A stretch of DNA of 64,000 nucleotides from Pseudothauera lacus (GTDB lineage Bacteria > Pseudomonadota > Gammaproteobacteria > Burkholderiales > Rhodocyclaceae). Position 1 is the stretch's first letter. Each line of letters opens with the position of its first letter. Positions 1 through 9,382 of the stretch are shown piece by piece. Under the pieces are notes generated by a model. That model ran no database searches, was not told the DNA's origin, and was given only the letters and a program-made list of their open reading frames with translations. The stretch lies in assembly GCF_003034845.1 (NCBI RefSeq), contig NZ_PZKC01000001.1, forward strand, positions 267,473 to 331,472, given 5' to 3'. Position numbers and translations under genes: made by a program.

Positions 1-132
1 AGGCTTCGCGGCAGGCTTCGCGGCAGGCTTCGCGGCAGGCTTCGCGGCAGGCTTCGCGGCAGGCTTCGCGGCAGGCTTCGCGGCAGGCTTCGCGGCAGGC
101 TTCGCGGCAGGCTTCGCGGCAGGCTTCTGCGC
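1..132. repeat. Perfect 12-bp tandem repeat (aggcttcgcggc) x10, then degenerate copies. The window begins inside the array.
   Basis: Direct reading: 1-120 is ten identical 12-mers. The minus-strand frame reads GCC GCG AAG CCT = (AAKP)n. Confidence 0.9.
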
Positions 133-263
133 CGCACCGGCGGCAGCCGCCGCCGGTGCGGGCGCAGAAGCCGCGCCCGCATCCTGCGGCAGGCGCTCGA
201 CCAGCGCGGCGTCCTCCTGGCGCAGCGCGGCGCGCAGCGCGGACTGGGTCTTGCGGGTGGCAT
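1..263 (-). CDS. Partial CDS (5' end in window, runs off the edge). Small protein with a ~35-aa N-terminal segment followed by Ala/Pro/Lys-rich (AAKP)n repeats, histone H1/AlgP-like low complexity.
   Basis: Minus-strand ATG at 263-261 overlaps the TGA of the upstream ParA-like gene (GTGACGATGA). It translates as MNATRKTQSALRAALRQEDAALVERLPQDAGAASAPAPAAAAAGAAQKPAAKPAAKP... It is not in the ORF track because it is truncated by the window edge. Confidence 0.55.
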   Translation of the reverse strand, partial: MPPARPSPRCAPRCARRTPRWSSACRRMRARLLRPHRRRLPPVRRRSLPRSLPRSLPRSLPRSLPRSLPRSLPRSLPRSLPRSLPRS

Positions 264-269
264 TCATCG

Positions 270-941
270 TCACTTCTCTCCAGACAAGTTGAGTACTGCG
301 GCAACCAACCGCCGTACTTCGTCGCGCGCGGCTTCCGCCGCGCGCCCAAGGTGGAACACCGAACCGCCCTCGACCGCGCTCTGCGCATAGGCGTTGCGCT
401 GCGAGAGCACCGCCGGCAGCACCGGCAAAGTGAACTCGCGCATCACTTCGAGCACGTCGCCGGCCAGCGCGGTGCGCTGCACACGGTTGGGCAGCAGCGC
501 TGCGCGCAGCGCCGGGCGCTGTTGCTGGGCGAGCAGGATGAGGCGCTCGACGGCACGCGTCGACCACAGGTCGGTGGGCCCGGGCACCACCGGCACGATG
601 GCCAGCTGCACCCTCGCCAGCGCCGCGCGGGTGTGAGGGTGTTCGATCGATGGCGGACAATCGAGAAGAATGAAGTCCTGCCCGCGCCCTTCGGCTTCCA
701 GCGCGGCGGCGAGCATCTGCTCGTCTGCCGCAGTGACCGCGAACACCCTCTCGGGCTGCGGCGCCTCGGCGCTGGCAGCCTCCGCCCAGCGCAGCGCGCT
801 TTCCTGCGGATCGAGATCGGCCACCGCAACGCGATGGCCGATCTCGGCGAGACCGGCAGCAAGCTGCATGGTCACGGTGGTCTTGCCAGCACCGCCCTTC
901 TGCGAGATCAGGGCGATCATCCGCGGCTTGCTCATCGACAC
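270..941 (-). CDS. ParA/MinD-family (Walker-type) partition-like ATPase.
   Basis: Deviant Walker A IALISQKGGAGKTT. ParA-like length (223 aa). DLDPQ motif. Confidence 0.85.
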   Translation of the reverse strand: MSMSKPRMIALISQKGGAGKTTVTMQLAAGLAEIGHRVAVADLDPQESALRWAEAASAEAPQPERVFAVTAADEQMLAAALEAEGRGQDFILLDCPPSIEHPHTRAALARVQLAIVPVVPGPTDLWSTRAVERLILLAQQQRPALRAALLPNRVQRTALAGDVLEVMREFTLPVLPAVLSQRNAYAQSAVEGGSVFHLGRAAEAARDEVRRLVAAVLNLSGEK

Positions 942-1102
942 CTCCGATTGCGTAATACTTTATTATCCAACCAGCAGTGCGATCGTTGCAAGCACCCGCC
1001 ATCATGCCGATGGCAAATCGATCACACTGCGCGTCTGTCCGCCGTGGCGGAAGAATGTCACAGATGGTATTTTGCCCCCCGTTTCCGCCTTCCGCCGCAA
1101 CC

Positions 1103-3655
1103 ATGAAGATACGCAGTTTCATCCTTGCCACCTCGATCGCCGTCGGCGCGGTGTTCCTCGGCGGCAGCTGGTGGGCAGTGAGCCGCGGCTTCGACGAGGC
1201 CTTCAGCGAACACGCCCGCCGCCAGGCCGACGATGTCGCAGCGCTGACCTTCGGAGCGATGTACGAAATCATGAGTCGCGGCTGGACGCGCGAGGAAGCC
1301 GAGCGCTTCCTCGCCGGCATCCATGACCGCGAGGGCGGCGCGGACAGCCTGCGCGTACTCATCTACCGCGCCCCGGCAGTGGTCGCGCGCTATGGCGAGA
1401 TCGACCAACCCGAGCCCGGCGCCCTTGCGGCCGGCACCCTGCGCAGCGGCGAGGACGCCGAATCGGTCGGCGGCGGCGTCTTTCGCCGCAGCTTCGCGCT
1501 GAAAGCGGAAGCGCGCTGCCTGGCCTGCCACGACAACGTCGCGGTCGGTGACGTACTCGGCGTCATCGAGGTACAGCAGCCCTACGAAACTCTGCGCGCC
1601 GACGTCCGTGCCGGCTTCTACCTCAGCGCCCTGCCCAGCCTGCTGTTCGGCCTGCTGGTGGCACTCGGCGCGGTGTGGTGGGTGAGTCGACGCATCGGCC
1701 GCAGTGTCGAGGAGGTCGAGCACAGCCTGGCTTCGATCAACAGTTTCAAGGACCTCCGCCATCTCGCCGTCGACGAGGACCGCCACACCTTCGACGAATT
1801 CCACCAGGTACACGCATCCATCATCACCCTGGCCGCACGCCTGCGCACCGTGGCGGTGGACAAGGACATCCTGCTGTTCGAGATCGGCCTGCTGGAGAAA
1901 TTCGTCATCACCTCGGAGGTGATCCGCGACTGGCGCATCTACGTCGGCCGCCTGCTGGTGGACATCAACACCATCATCGACGCCCACGTGCTGTTCTCGG
2001 TCTTCCAGATCGACAACGAACTCTTCGACATCGAGATCTTCTGGTACCGCCAGCCCGACACCGAGGCGCGCAGACTGATCGAGGATGCCATCCGCGACGC
2101 CCTGAAGGCCGATGAGCGCTTCTGCGAACCGGCCACCCTCAACGTCCACCACCACGCCCCCGACGACGTCGGCGCGCTCAGCGCGCTGGAGCGCGACCAG
2201 ATGGTGCTGCGGGTGAAGTCCTTCTTCGTCGACCGCCCGCGCATCGGCAGCATCGTCGGCATCGGCGTGCAGTCCGCTGCACTGGCCGACCACACCCACA
2301 GCCTGGTGCTCGACAGCATCCTGTCCACCCTGCTCAACGTCGTCGGCTCGATCAAGGCCATCCACAAATACACCCGCGACCTCGAGTACTACGCCACCCG
2401 CGACCCCCTCACCGATCTCTACAACCAGCGCGTGTTCTGGGAAATGCTGGGCTACGAGATCGGTCGCAGCCAGCGCCACGACGACCGCTGCACGCTGCTG
2501 CTGATCGATCTCGACAACTTCAAGCTGGTCAATGACCATTACGGCCACGCCACCGGTGACCGCTTCCTGCAACAGTTCGCCGCCACATTGCGCTCGACGC
2601 TGCGCAACGGCGACATCCTCGCCCGCTACGGTGGTGACGAATTCGTCATCGTGCTGCCCGAGACCGGGGTCGAACAGGGCTACGGCGCCGCACAGAAGAT
2701 CATCGCCGCGACCCGCGCGATGGCCGTCGAGGCCAGCCCCGGCGGCGACATCATCCACGGCGCGGTATCGATCGGCCTGGCCACCTTCCCCGACCACGCC
2801 AGCGACGGCAAGGACCTCTTCCTGTTCGCCGACAACATGATGTACCGCGCCAAGGCGGAGGGTAAGGAGCGCGTCTCGCTGCCCTCCGAAGAGGACGTGA
2901 TGGCAGTTTTCCGCGACGTCTCGGAGATGGGCGTGGCGGTCCTCGCGGCGGTCAACGAGCGCCGCGTGATCCCCTTCTTCCAGCCCATCATGGCGGTCGG
3001 CGACGGACGCATCGCCGCCGTCGAGGTGCTCTCGCGCCTGGAGGTCAACGGCGAGCTGATGCGCGCCGACCAGTTCATCGAGATCGCCGAGAAGATCGGC
3101 ATCATCCATCGCCTCGACAACATCGTCATCGAGGCCGCGCTGGCCCAGGTCGCAGCATCGGATTTCGACGGCTACATCTTCTTCAACCTCTCCCCGCGGG
3201 CGCTGGTGCTGGCCGAGTTCGCGCGCACCCTGCGCACCGTGGTCAAGGCCTCGGGCATCGCCCCGCAACGTATCGTCTTCGAGATCACCGAGCGCGACAC
3301 GGTGAAGAACCTCTCACTGCTCGAACGCTTCATCACCGAACTGAAATCGGAAGGCTTCGGCCTGGCCATCGACGATTTCGGCTCCGGCTTCTCCTCCTTC
3401 CACTATCTGCGCCGCTTCCCCTTCGACTTTCTCAAGATCGAGGGCGACTTCATCGCCAACATGCTCAACAGCGAGCGCGACCGCATCTTCGTGCAGAGCA
3501 TCACCGCACTGGCCAAGTCGCTCGACATCCAGGTGGTGGCCGAATTCGTCGAATCGGAGGAGGTGCTCGCCGACCTGCGCACCTTGGGCATCGACTACGC
3601 CCAGGGCTATCACATCGGCCGCCCTGCGCGGCAGGTGCTGCCGGCAACCGACTGA
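1103..3655 (+). CDS. Sensor diguanylate cyclase/phosphodiesterase. N-terminal periplasmic domain with a CXXCH heme-c motif (Tll0287-like/DUF3365-type), TM region, GGDEF and EAL domains.
   Basis: Signal/TM MKIRSFILATSIAVGAVFLGG. CLACHD motif. RYGGDEFVIVLPE (GGDEF). EVLSRLE..., DDFGSG and YLRRFPFDFLKID (EAL). Confidence 0.85.
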   Translation: MKIRSFILATSIAVGAVFLGGSWWAVSRGFDEAFSEHARRQADDVAALTFGAMYEIMSRGWTREEAERFLAGIHDREGGADSLRVLIYRAPAVVARYGEIDQPEPGALAAGTLRSGEDAESVGGGVFRRSFALKAEARCLACHDNVAVGDVLGVIEVQQPYETLRADVRAGFYLSALPSLLFGLLVALGAVWWVSRRIGRSVEEVEHSLASINSFKDLRHLAVDEDRHTFDEFHQVHASIITLAARLRTVAVDKDILLFEIGLLEKFVITSEVIRDWRIYVGRLLVDINTIIDAHVLFSVFQIDNELFDIEIFWYRQPDTEARRLIEDAIRDALKADERFCEPATLNVHHHAPDDVGALSALERDQMVLRVKSFFVDRPRIGSIVGIGVQSAALADHTHSLVLDSILSTLLNVVGSIKAIHKYTRDLEYYATRDPLTDLYNQRVFWEMLGYEIGRSQRHDDRCTLLLIDLDNFKLVNDHYGHATGDRFLQQFAATLRSTLRNGDILARYGGDEFVIVLPETGVEQGYGAAQKIIAATRAMAVEASPGGDIIHGAVSIGLATFPDHASDGKDLFLFADNMMYRAKAEGKERVSLPSEEDVMAVFRDVSEMGVAVLAAVNERRVIPFFQPIMAVGDGRIAAVEVLSRLEVNGELMRADQFIEIAEKIGIIHRLDNIVIEAALAQVAASDFDGYIFFNLSPRALVLAEFARTLRTVVKASGIAPQRIVFEITERDTVKNLSLLERFITELKSEGFGLAIDDFGSGFSSFHYLRRFPFDFLKIEGDFIANMLNSERDRIFVQSITALAKSLDIQVVAEFVESEEVLADLRTLGIDYAQGYHIGRPARQVLPATD

Positions 3656-3715
3656 GGCCGCATGAACGACCGACGCCGCCCGCAACAGCCGCGGACGGCG
3701 TCGACATCAGCCCGT

Positions 3716-4087
3716 TCAGGAGTCGAGCTTCTTGCGCCGGCAGCCGTCCGCGCATTGCGCCAGACAATCGTCACGACCGACGCACAGGCAGTAATGGCGG
3801 CCATCGCAGGTCACGTCGTCGGTCAGCGCGGCGCCGCGTTCGACCTCCTCCACGCGCAGCGCACGCAGGAAGCGCAGCGCCGCATCGAAGCCGCGGAACA
3901 CCGTCAGCCGACCGTCACCGCTGCAGATCCAGCGCCCGTCCATTGACAGCGCATAGCAGCCCGAGTGTTCCGTTCCCATGGCATGGATGCGCACCGCGCA
4001 CTGCTGCCTGCGCCACTCCGGCGCCACCGCCAGTTCCAGCCAGGTTGCAACGCGCGTCCCTGCCTGCGGATTGCCTGCATGCTCCAT
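3716..4087 (-). CDS. Hypothetical cysteine-rich small protein (123 aa).
   Basis: ORF with high GC3 codon usage. C-terminal CDGRHYCLCVGRDDCLAQCADGC Cys cluster. No family recognised. Confidence 0.4.
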   Translation of the reverse strand: MEHAGNPQAGTRVATWLELAVAPEWRRQQCAVRIHAMGTEHSGCYALSMDGRWICSGDGRLTVFRGFDAALRFLRALRVEEVERGAALTDDVTCDGRHYCLCVGRDDCLAQCADGCRRKKLDS

Positions 4088-4310
4088 GATCTCTCCTCCA
4101 AGTCCCGTAATTTATTTGTCATTATATGCACGGCAATTCAGATTGCCCGTGAACTTTCAATTATTGACACCTTCGGGTTTTTAGCAAGACAGAACCGCGA
4201 ACCGGGATACCCAGTCCGGGCAGTGCATGGAAAAGACCTGGCGACGGTTATTTCCTTATGCCTGACGGCGCTCGCTATACTTCGCCACCCATCCTGAGGA
4301 GGACGCCCGC

Positions 4311-5582
4311 GTGAAACTCGAAACCCTCGCCGTACATGGCGGCTACCAGCCCGACCCGACCACCAAGGCCGTCGCGGTACCGATCTACCAGACCACTTCC
4401 TACGCTTTCGACGACACCCAGCACGGTGCCGACCTCTTCGACCTCAAGGTGCAGGGCAACATCTACACCCGCATCATGAATCCGACCACCGCGGTGCTCG
4501 AACAGCGCGTGGCCGCAATGGAAGGCGGCATCGGCGCACTGGCGGTGGCTTCCGGCATGTCGGCGATCACCTACGCCATCCAGACCATCGCCGAAGCCGG
4601 CGACAACATCATTTCCGCGTCCACGCTGTACGGCGGCACCTACAACCTTTTCGCCCACACCATGCCGCAACTGGGCATCGAGGTGCGCTTTGCCGACTAC
4701 CGCAAACCGGAGAGCTTCGCGACACTGATCGATGAGCGCACCAAGGCCATCTTCTGCGAATCGGTAGGCAACCCGCTGGGCAACGTCACCGACATCGCCG
4801 CGCTCGCCGAGGTCGCCCACCGCGCCGGCGTGCCGCTGATCGTCGACAACACCGTGCCCACCCCCTATCTGTGCCGGCCTTTCGAGCACGGCGCCGACAT
4901 CGTCGTGCACGCGCTGACCAAGTATCTGGGCGGCCACGGCAACTCCATCGGCGGCATCATCGTCGACTCCGGCAAGTTTCCGTGGGCAGAGCACAAGACG
5001 CGCTTCCGCCGCCTCAACGAACCGGACGTTTCCTACCATGGCGTGGTGTACACCGAAGCCCTCGGCGCGGCGGCCTACATCGCCCGCGCCCGCGTGGTAC
5101 CGCTGCGCAACACCGGCGCGGCGCTGTCGCCCTTCAATGCCTTCCTGATCCTGCAGGGCATCGAAACCGTGACCCTGCGCATGGACCGCATCTGCACCAA
5201 CACCAGCAAGGTAGCCGAGTTCCTGAAGACCCACGCCAAGGTCGCATGGGTCAATTACGCCGGCCTCGCCGACCATGCCGACCACGCGCTGGTGCAGAAG
5301 TACATGGGTGGTCGCGCCTCGGGCATCCTCTCCTTCGGCGTGCGCGGTGGCAGCGCCGCGGGCGCGCGCTTCCAGGATGCGCTGAAGCTGGTCACCCGCC
5401 TGGTGAACATCGGCGACGCCAAGTCACTGGCCTGCCACCCGGCGTCCACCACCCACCGCCAGTTGTCGCCGGCGGAACTGGCGAAGGCCGGCGTCTCCGA
5501 AGACATGGTGCGCCTGTCCATCGGCATCGAGCACATCGACGACATCATCGCCGACCTCGACCAGGCCCTCGCCGCGGTCTGA
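4311..5582 (+). CDS. metY: O-acetylhomoserine aminocarboxypropyltransferase (O-acetylhomoserine sulfhydrylase), PLP-dependent.
   Basis: GTG start preceded by GAGGAGG. MKLETLAVHGGY...TTSYAFDD... Cys/Met-metabolism PLP family signature. 423 aa. Confidence 0.9.
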   Translation: MKLETLAVHGGYQPDPTTKAVAVPIYQTTSYAFDDTQHGADLFDLKVQGNIYTRIMNPTTAVLEQRVAAMEGGIGALAVASGMSAITYAIQTIAEAGDNIISASTLYGGTYNLFAHTMPQLGIEVRFADYRKPESFATLIDERTKAIFCESVGNPLGNVTDIAALAEVAHRAGVPLIVDNTVPTPYLCRPFEHGADIVVHALTKYLGGHGNSIGGIIVDSGKFPWAEHKTRFRRLNEPDVSYHGVVYTEALGAAAYIARARVVPLRNTGAALSPFNAFLILQGIETVTLRMDRICTNTSKVAEFLKTHAKVAWVNYAGLADHADHALVQKYMGGRASGILSFGVRGGSAAGARFQDALKLVTRLVNIGDAKSLACHPASTTHRQLSPAELAKAGVSEDMVRLSIGIEHIDDIIADLDQALAAV

Positions 5583-5594
5583 GCGCAACGCACC

Positions 5595-5617
5595 GGGGCA
5601 GGCACCATGCCTGCCCC
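5595..5617. terminator. GC-rich hairpin (GGGGCAGGCA/TGCCTGCCCC) between convergent metY and the DUF748 gene. Putative bidirectional terminator.
   Basis: 10-bp inverted repeat read directly. It sits in the 44-bp convergent intergenic gap. No clear U-tract. Confidence 0.4.
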
Positions 5618-5626
5618 GCCCCCCCA

Positions 5627-8600
5627 TCAGCGCAGCGAGAAGCGCACGCAGGCGGTGCACGCGGCCTGTTCACCCTCGCCGCTGGCCTCTTCGACCTTCG
5701 GTGCCAGCAGGAAGACACGCTCCTGCGCCACCCCACCCTCCTCCACCAGCCAGTTGCGCACCGCCTGCGCGCGCTGCTGGGCGAGCGCCGCCAGTTCGTC
5801 GGCACTGACCGCGGTGTGGGCGAGAATCACCGCCTCCATCTCCGCCACCGGCAGATCGCGCACCATGCCGATGAGGTTGCGCGCCTTGGGGAAATCCCCC
5901 GCGCGATAGACCCGGCGCAGCAACTGCTCGTATTCCGCGGCGTCGACCGCCAGGTCTTCCGGGGCCTCCTGGCCCGCGCCCACCAGCTCGCGCACCTTGA
6001 GCGCACGCACCGCATCCATCATGCGTGCCCGCCGCAGCCCCTCGGGGTCGAACGTCGGACTGGCCACCCCGGTAACCTCCAGGCGCAGCGCAGGGCGATC
6101 ATCGAGCGCGCTGGCAAGCGTACGCAGGCGCTCGCGCGCAAGCTCATCTGGCGTGCCGAGGCCAGCGGCGAACTCGACCCGGGAAAGCTCTTCGCCCGCA
6201 CCGAACATCGAGCCGATCAGCGAGAACGGCGAGGTGATGGCCTTGCCGAGGAGGTTCATGATTGCCCGAAACACCAGACCGCCGACACTGAACTGGGGAT
6301 CGTCGAGGGTGCCGCGGATGGGCAGGTTGATGTCGATCTCGCCACGACGGTTCTTCAGCAGGGCGACGGCCAGCAGCACCGGCGCCTTGATGGCGTCCGG
6401 GCTGTCCACCGGTGCGCCAAACACCAGCTGATCGAGAAAGACGCGGTTGCTGGCGCTGAGCTGGCCGTCGGCGACGCGGTAGGCGAGCTCTGCCGAGAGC
6501 TTGCCGCGTTCGATACCGTAGCCGACGTAGCGCCCCGAGTAGGCGCTCACCGAGCTCAGTTCGAAATCCTTCACCGCCGCCGCGATGTCGAGCGTCAGCG
6601 CGTCACCGAAGGGCTGCACGGTGCCACTGATCGACAACGCCGCGTTGCCGTCGACCTTGCCCTCCAGGCGGACCTGCGCCGGCGTGCCGTCCTGCGTCGA
6701 CAGGCCACTCAACTCGCCGCTCAGCGCCGTGATACGGGCGTCGTAATGCGGGCGGATGAAGCGGTCGCTGAAGTGCGCCGAGGCGCGATCGACGACAATC
6801 CGTCCGATCGCCACCGCAGGGCGTGGCGCCGCCGCGGCCGGGGCATCATCGGCGGCGGCCACAGGCACGCTGCTGCCCTCCTCCGCGGGCCCGTCGCCTT
6901 CGCGCAAGGCACGCAGGTTCAACTGTCCGGCGCTGTCGAGGAGCAGGTGGGCATGCAGTTCGCTGACATTGAGCTCGCGCACCTGCAGCGCCGGTGGCTG
7001 CAGCGCCGCATCCACGCCGGCCACCCGCAGGGTGCGCCAGCGCAGCAGCTCGGCAGCACTGGCGCGCTCCACGGCAGCAAGGTTGGCGATGCCGAGATCA
7101 CCACGGAAACGGCCCTGCAGGCCGCCGTCACCTTGCTGGGCCACTTCCACCCGCCCGGCGGCAGTAAGGTTGCCACGCGCCAGCGCCAACCGCGTTCCGG
7201 CAAGCAGATAGGGATGGATGGGGGCGAGATCGACGCTGCGCAGGTCGACCTGCAGGTCAGCCCACAGGGCGGGCTGCCACTGCAGCTGGCCGCGCACCGC
7301 GGCACGTCCGCGCTGGTTGATGCGGCTGCGCAGGTCAATGGTGGCACGGCTGCCGGCGGCGCTGCTCAGGCCGTCGATGCGCAGCGCCAGCTGGTCGGCG
7401 GTGAGGCGCACGCCGGCGCCACGATCCTCGTAACGCAGGGTGCCGTCCTCGGCACTGAGCGCCGCAACGGTGAACCGCCACGGCGCCTCGGCACCACGCC
7501 CACCGCCCCCCCCTGCGGGCAGCATGGTGGCCAGATCGAAGCGCCCGTCGGCGCCGCGCACGGTGCTCAGCTGCAGGCCCTGGAGCTGGAGTGCGGCAAG
7601 GTCAACGCTGCGCGTGGCCGGACGGATGCGTGCATCCTCGACGGTCAGCGCCGCCAGCGCCAGCGCATTGCCTGTTTGCCCACGCAGGCCAAAGGCGAGA
7701 TCGCGCAGTTGCAGACGCTGCAGGTCGGCCTCGAAGACCGCCCCGGCACCGCCAGTGGCCGCCGTGTAGCGCAGCGCAAGGAGGGCATCGACAACGCCGT
7801 CGCGGACCTCGCCGCCCTTGAGTGTTGCAGCGTAATAGGGCTGCAGGCGGCCCGCGCGCAGGCCATCGACGTTGACGCTGCCTTCCAGTTGCAGCGGCGC
7901 AAGACGCAGTTCGTGATGGAAGTCGATGCGCGTCAGCTCGTCGAACAGCAAGTCCCCGCGCAGCGTGGCGATGACCTCGTGACGGTTGGCGAGGTCGCGC
8001 AGATCGGCATTGATGCCGCTGGCGCTCAGGCGCAGCGGCGGGCTCGTGCTGCGGTCCTCGAAATGCACCACGCCATCGCGCAGGCGTGCGCTGGCGAGCA
8101 GGAAATCCACCGCCGCCGCACGGCCCGCAGGCCCCGCCGAGGCGGTCGCGGGCGGCAGCAGCGCAGCAAGATTGATACGACCGTCGGCCAGGCGCAGCAG
8201 ATGCAGCTCGGGACTGTTGATGCGCAGGCGGGAGAACTGCCACTTGCCCGCCAGCGGCTGCAGGTCGACCATATCGACGGCGATCTGCTCCAGCTTCAGC
8301 AGCGGCCCATCGGCGCCGACCAACTCCACGCCATTCAGGCTCAGCTCGCCGTTCACCGCCAGCCGCGGGCTGCCGTCGGCGTCATGCGAGAACGACAGCT
8401 CGACCAGCGCGTCGAGCTCGCCCGCGGCGACGCGAAACGCCGGCTGGAAAGGCAGGTAGGCGAGATAGGGGGCGATCTGCTGATCGACGACGTTGAACTC
8501 CAGCATCGTCTCGCGGCGTTCGGCAAACGGCCGCGTCTTGCCCGCGAGGCTGAACGGCGTGCCGTTCACCGACGCCGACAGGGCGGGTTCGACGAACACA

Positions 8601-9172
8601 TCGACCTTTACCGGCAGATTGGAAACAAACGGCAGGTTCACGCGCAGGCCGTCGATACGATGATGCACCCCGGCGAGGCGGTCGTCGAAACTCAGCGCGC
8701 CGTCGCTGAGCTGGATGTTGCCCACCGAGAAGCGCCCGCCCTCGCCCTCCTCGCCGCTGTTGAAGCGCGCAATGACGTCGGCCCAGCTCAGCGCACCGTC
8801 CTCGTCGCGCACAAGCATCAATCGCGGCGCGTCGATGCGCAGTTCGTGCAGCACCGGTGCGCGCTGCACGATGGAGGCAAGCTCCAGGTTGGCGTGGATG
8901 CTCGCCACCTGCAGCGCATCGCCGTCGCCCGCGGCAGTGGCCACACGCAGACCGTCGAGCTCAAGCACCAGACGGAAGGGATGGAAACGCACCGCATCGA
9001 CGCCGACGCTCCGCCCCAGCGCCTCGCTGCCCATCACCGGCAGATAGTGGCGCACCAGCGCTGGTACGCCGAAATGGCCGAACAGCGCGTAAGCCGTCAG
9101 GACGGCAAGCAAGGCGGCGAAGGGACGCCCGAAGCGCCGGAGAAAGGCGCGCGCGGCGACGGAAGAAGACAT
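5627..9172 (-). CDS. Large DUF748/AsmA-like family membrane-anchored protein.
   Basis: About 1180 aa with an N-terminal TM helix (FAALLAVLTAYALFGHFGV) and repetitive AsmA-like beta-rich regions. The start was taken at the internal Met before the TM helix. Confidence 0.7.
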   Translation of the reverse strand: MSSSVAARAFLRRFGRPFAALLAVLTAYALFGHFGVPALVRHYLPVMGSEALGRSVGVDAVRFHPFRLVLELDGLRVATAAGDGDALQVASIHANLELASIVQRAPVLHELRIDAPRLMLVRDEDGALSWADVIARFNSGEEGEGGRFSVGNIQLSDGALSFDDRLAGVHHRIDGLRVNLPFVSNLPVKVDVFVEPALSASVNGTPFSLAGKTRPFAERRETMLEFNVVDQQIAPYLAYLPFQPAFRVAAGELDALVELSFSHDADGSPRLAVNGELSLNGVELVGADGPLLKLEQIAVDMVDLQPLAGKWQFSRLRINSPELHLLRLADGRINLAALLPPATASAGPAGRAAAVDFLLASARLRDGVVHFEDRSTSPPLRLSASGINADLRDLANRHEVIATLRGDLLFDELTRIDFHHELRLAPLQLEGSVNVDGLRAGRLQPYYAATLKGGEVRDGVVDALLALRYTAATGGAGAVFEADLQRLQLRDLAFGLRGQTGNALALAALTVEDARIRPATRSVDLAALQLQGLQLSTVRGADGRFDLATMLPAGGGGGRGAEAPWRFTVAALSAEDGTLRYEDRGAGVRLTADQLALRIDGLSSAAGSRATIDLRSRINQRGRAAVRGQLQWQPALWADLQVDLRSVDLAPIHPYLLAGTRLALARGNLTAAGRVEVAQQGDGGLQGRFRGDLGIANLAAVERASAAELLRWRTLRVAGVDAALQPPALQVRELNVSELHAHLLLDSAGQLNLRALREGDGPAEEGSSVPVAAADDAPAAAAPRPAVAIGRIVVDRASAHFSDRFIRPHYDARITALSGELSGLSTQDGTPAQVRLEGKVDGNAALSISGTVQPFGDALTLDIAAAVKDFELSSVSAYSGRYVGYGIERGKLSAELAYRVADGQLSASNRVFLDQLVFGAPVDSPDAIKAPVLLAVALLKNRRGEIDINLPIRGTLDDPQFSVGGLVFRAIMNLLGKAITSPFSLIGSMFGAGEELSRVEFAAGLGTPDELARERLRTLASALDDRPALRLEVTGVASPTFDPEGLRRARMMDAVRALKVRELVGAGQEAPEDLAVDAAEYEQLLRRVYRAGDFPKARNLIGMVRDLPVAEMEAVILAHTAVSADELAALAQQRAQAVRNWLVEEGGVAQERVFLLAPKVEEASGEGEQAACTACVRFSLR

Positions 9173-9382
9173 CTGCAAAGCTCCGGAATGGCGCCTCACG
9201 CAGGCGTGTGACGCAGCAGGGGCGAACGGTTCATCAGCACAGCCGGCAGGGCGCTGCCGGGCCGCGCAGTGCGTCAACTTATCAGGCCGCGCGACGTTCG
9301 TGCGCTGCATTGGCGTAAATGTTTGCGAACACGCTGCCGCCCGCGTAAGCTCGCCGGTTGATCAGCTTGCGGGGTAGCAGCA

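Noticed and set aside
1-132. Possible CRISPR array, because of the exact short repeats.
   Set aside because: The repeats are contiguous with no spacers, and 12-bp units are far too short. It is a coding tandem repeat.
1058-3268. 736-aa minus-strand ORF antisense to the GGDEF-EAL gene. Similar long antisense ORFs include 19535-21472, 15674-17782, 36877-39219, 29076-31145, 32465-33835, 42634-45357, 55074-58388 and 60108-62105.
   Set aside because: All overlap strongly supported genes on the opposite strand and translate to low-complexity R/A/G-rich sequence.
4088-4310. SAM, SAH or MetR-type regulatory element upstream of metY.
   Set aside because: I could not recognise a riboswitch consensus or a TGAA-N5-TTCA MetR box by eye. 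It is kept only as a low-interest observation.
4871-9211. 1446-aa plus-strand ORF overlapping metY and the DUF748 gene.
   Set aside because: The protein is Arg/Ala/Gly/Pro-rich, as expected for the wrong frame of GC-rich DNA. It runs antisense to a well-supported DUF748/AsmA-like gene and overlaps metY out of frame. It is a shadow ORF.
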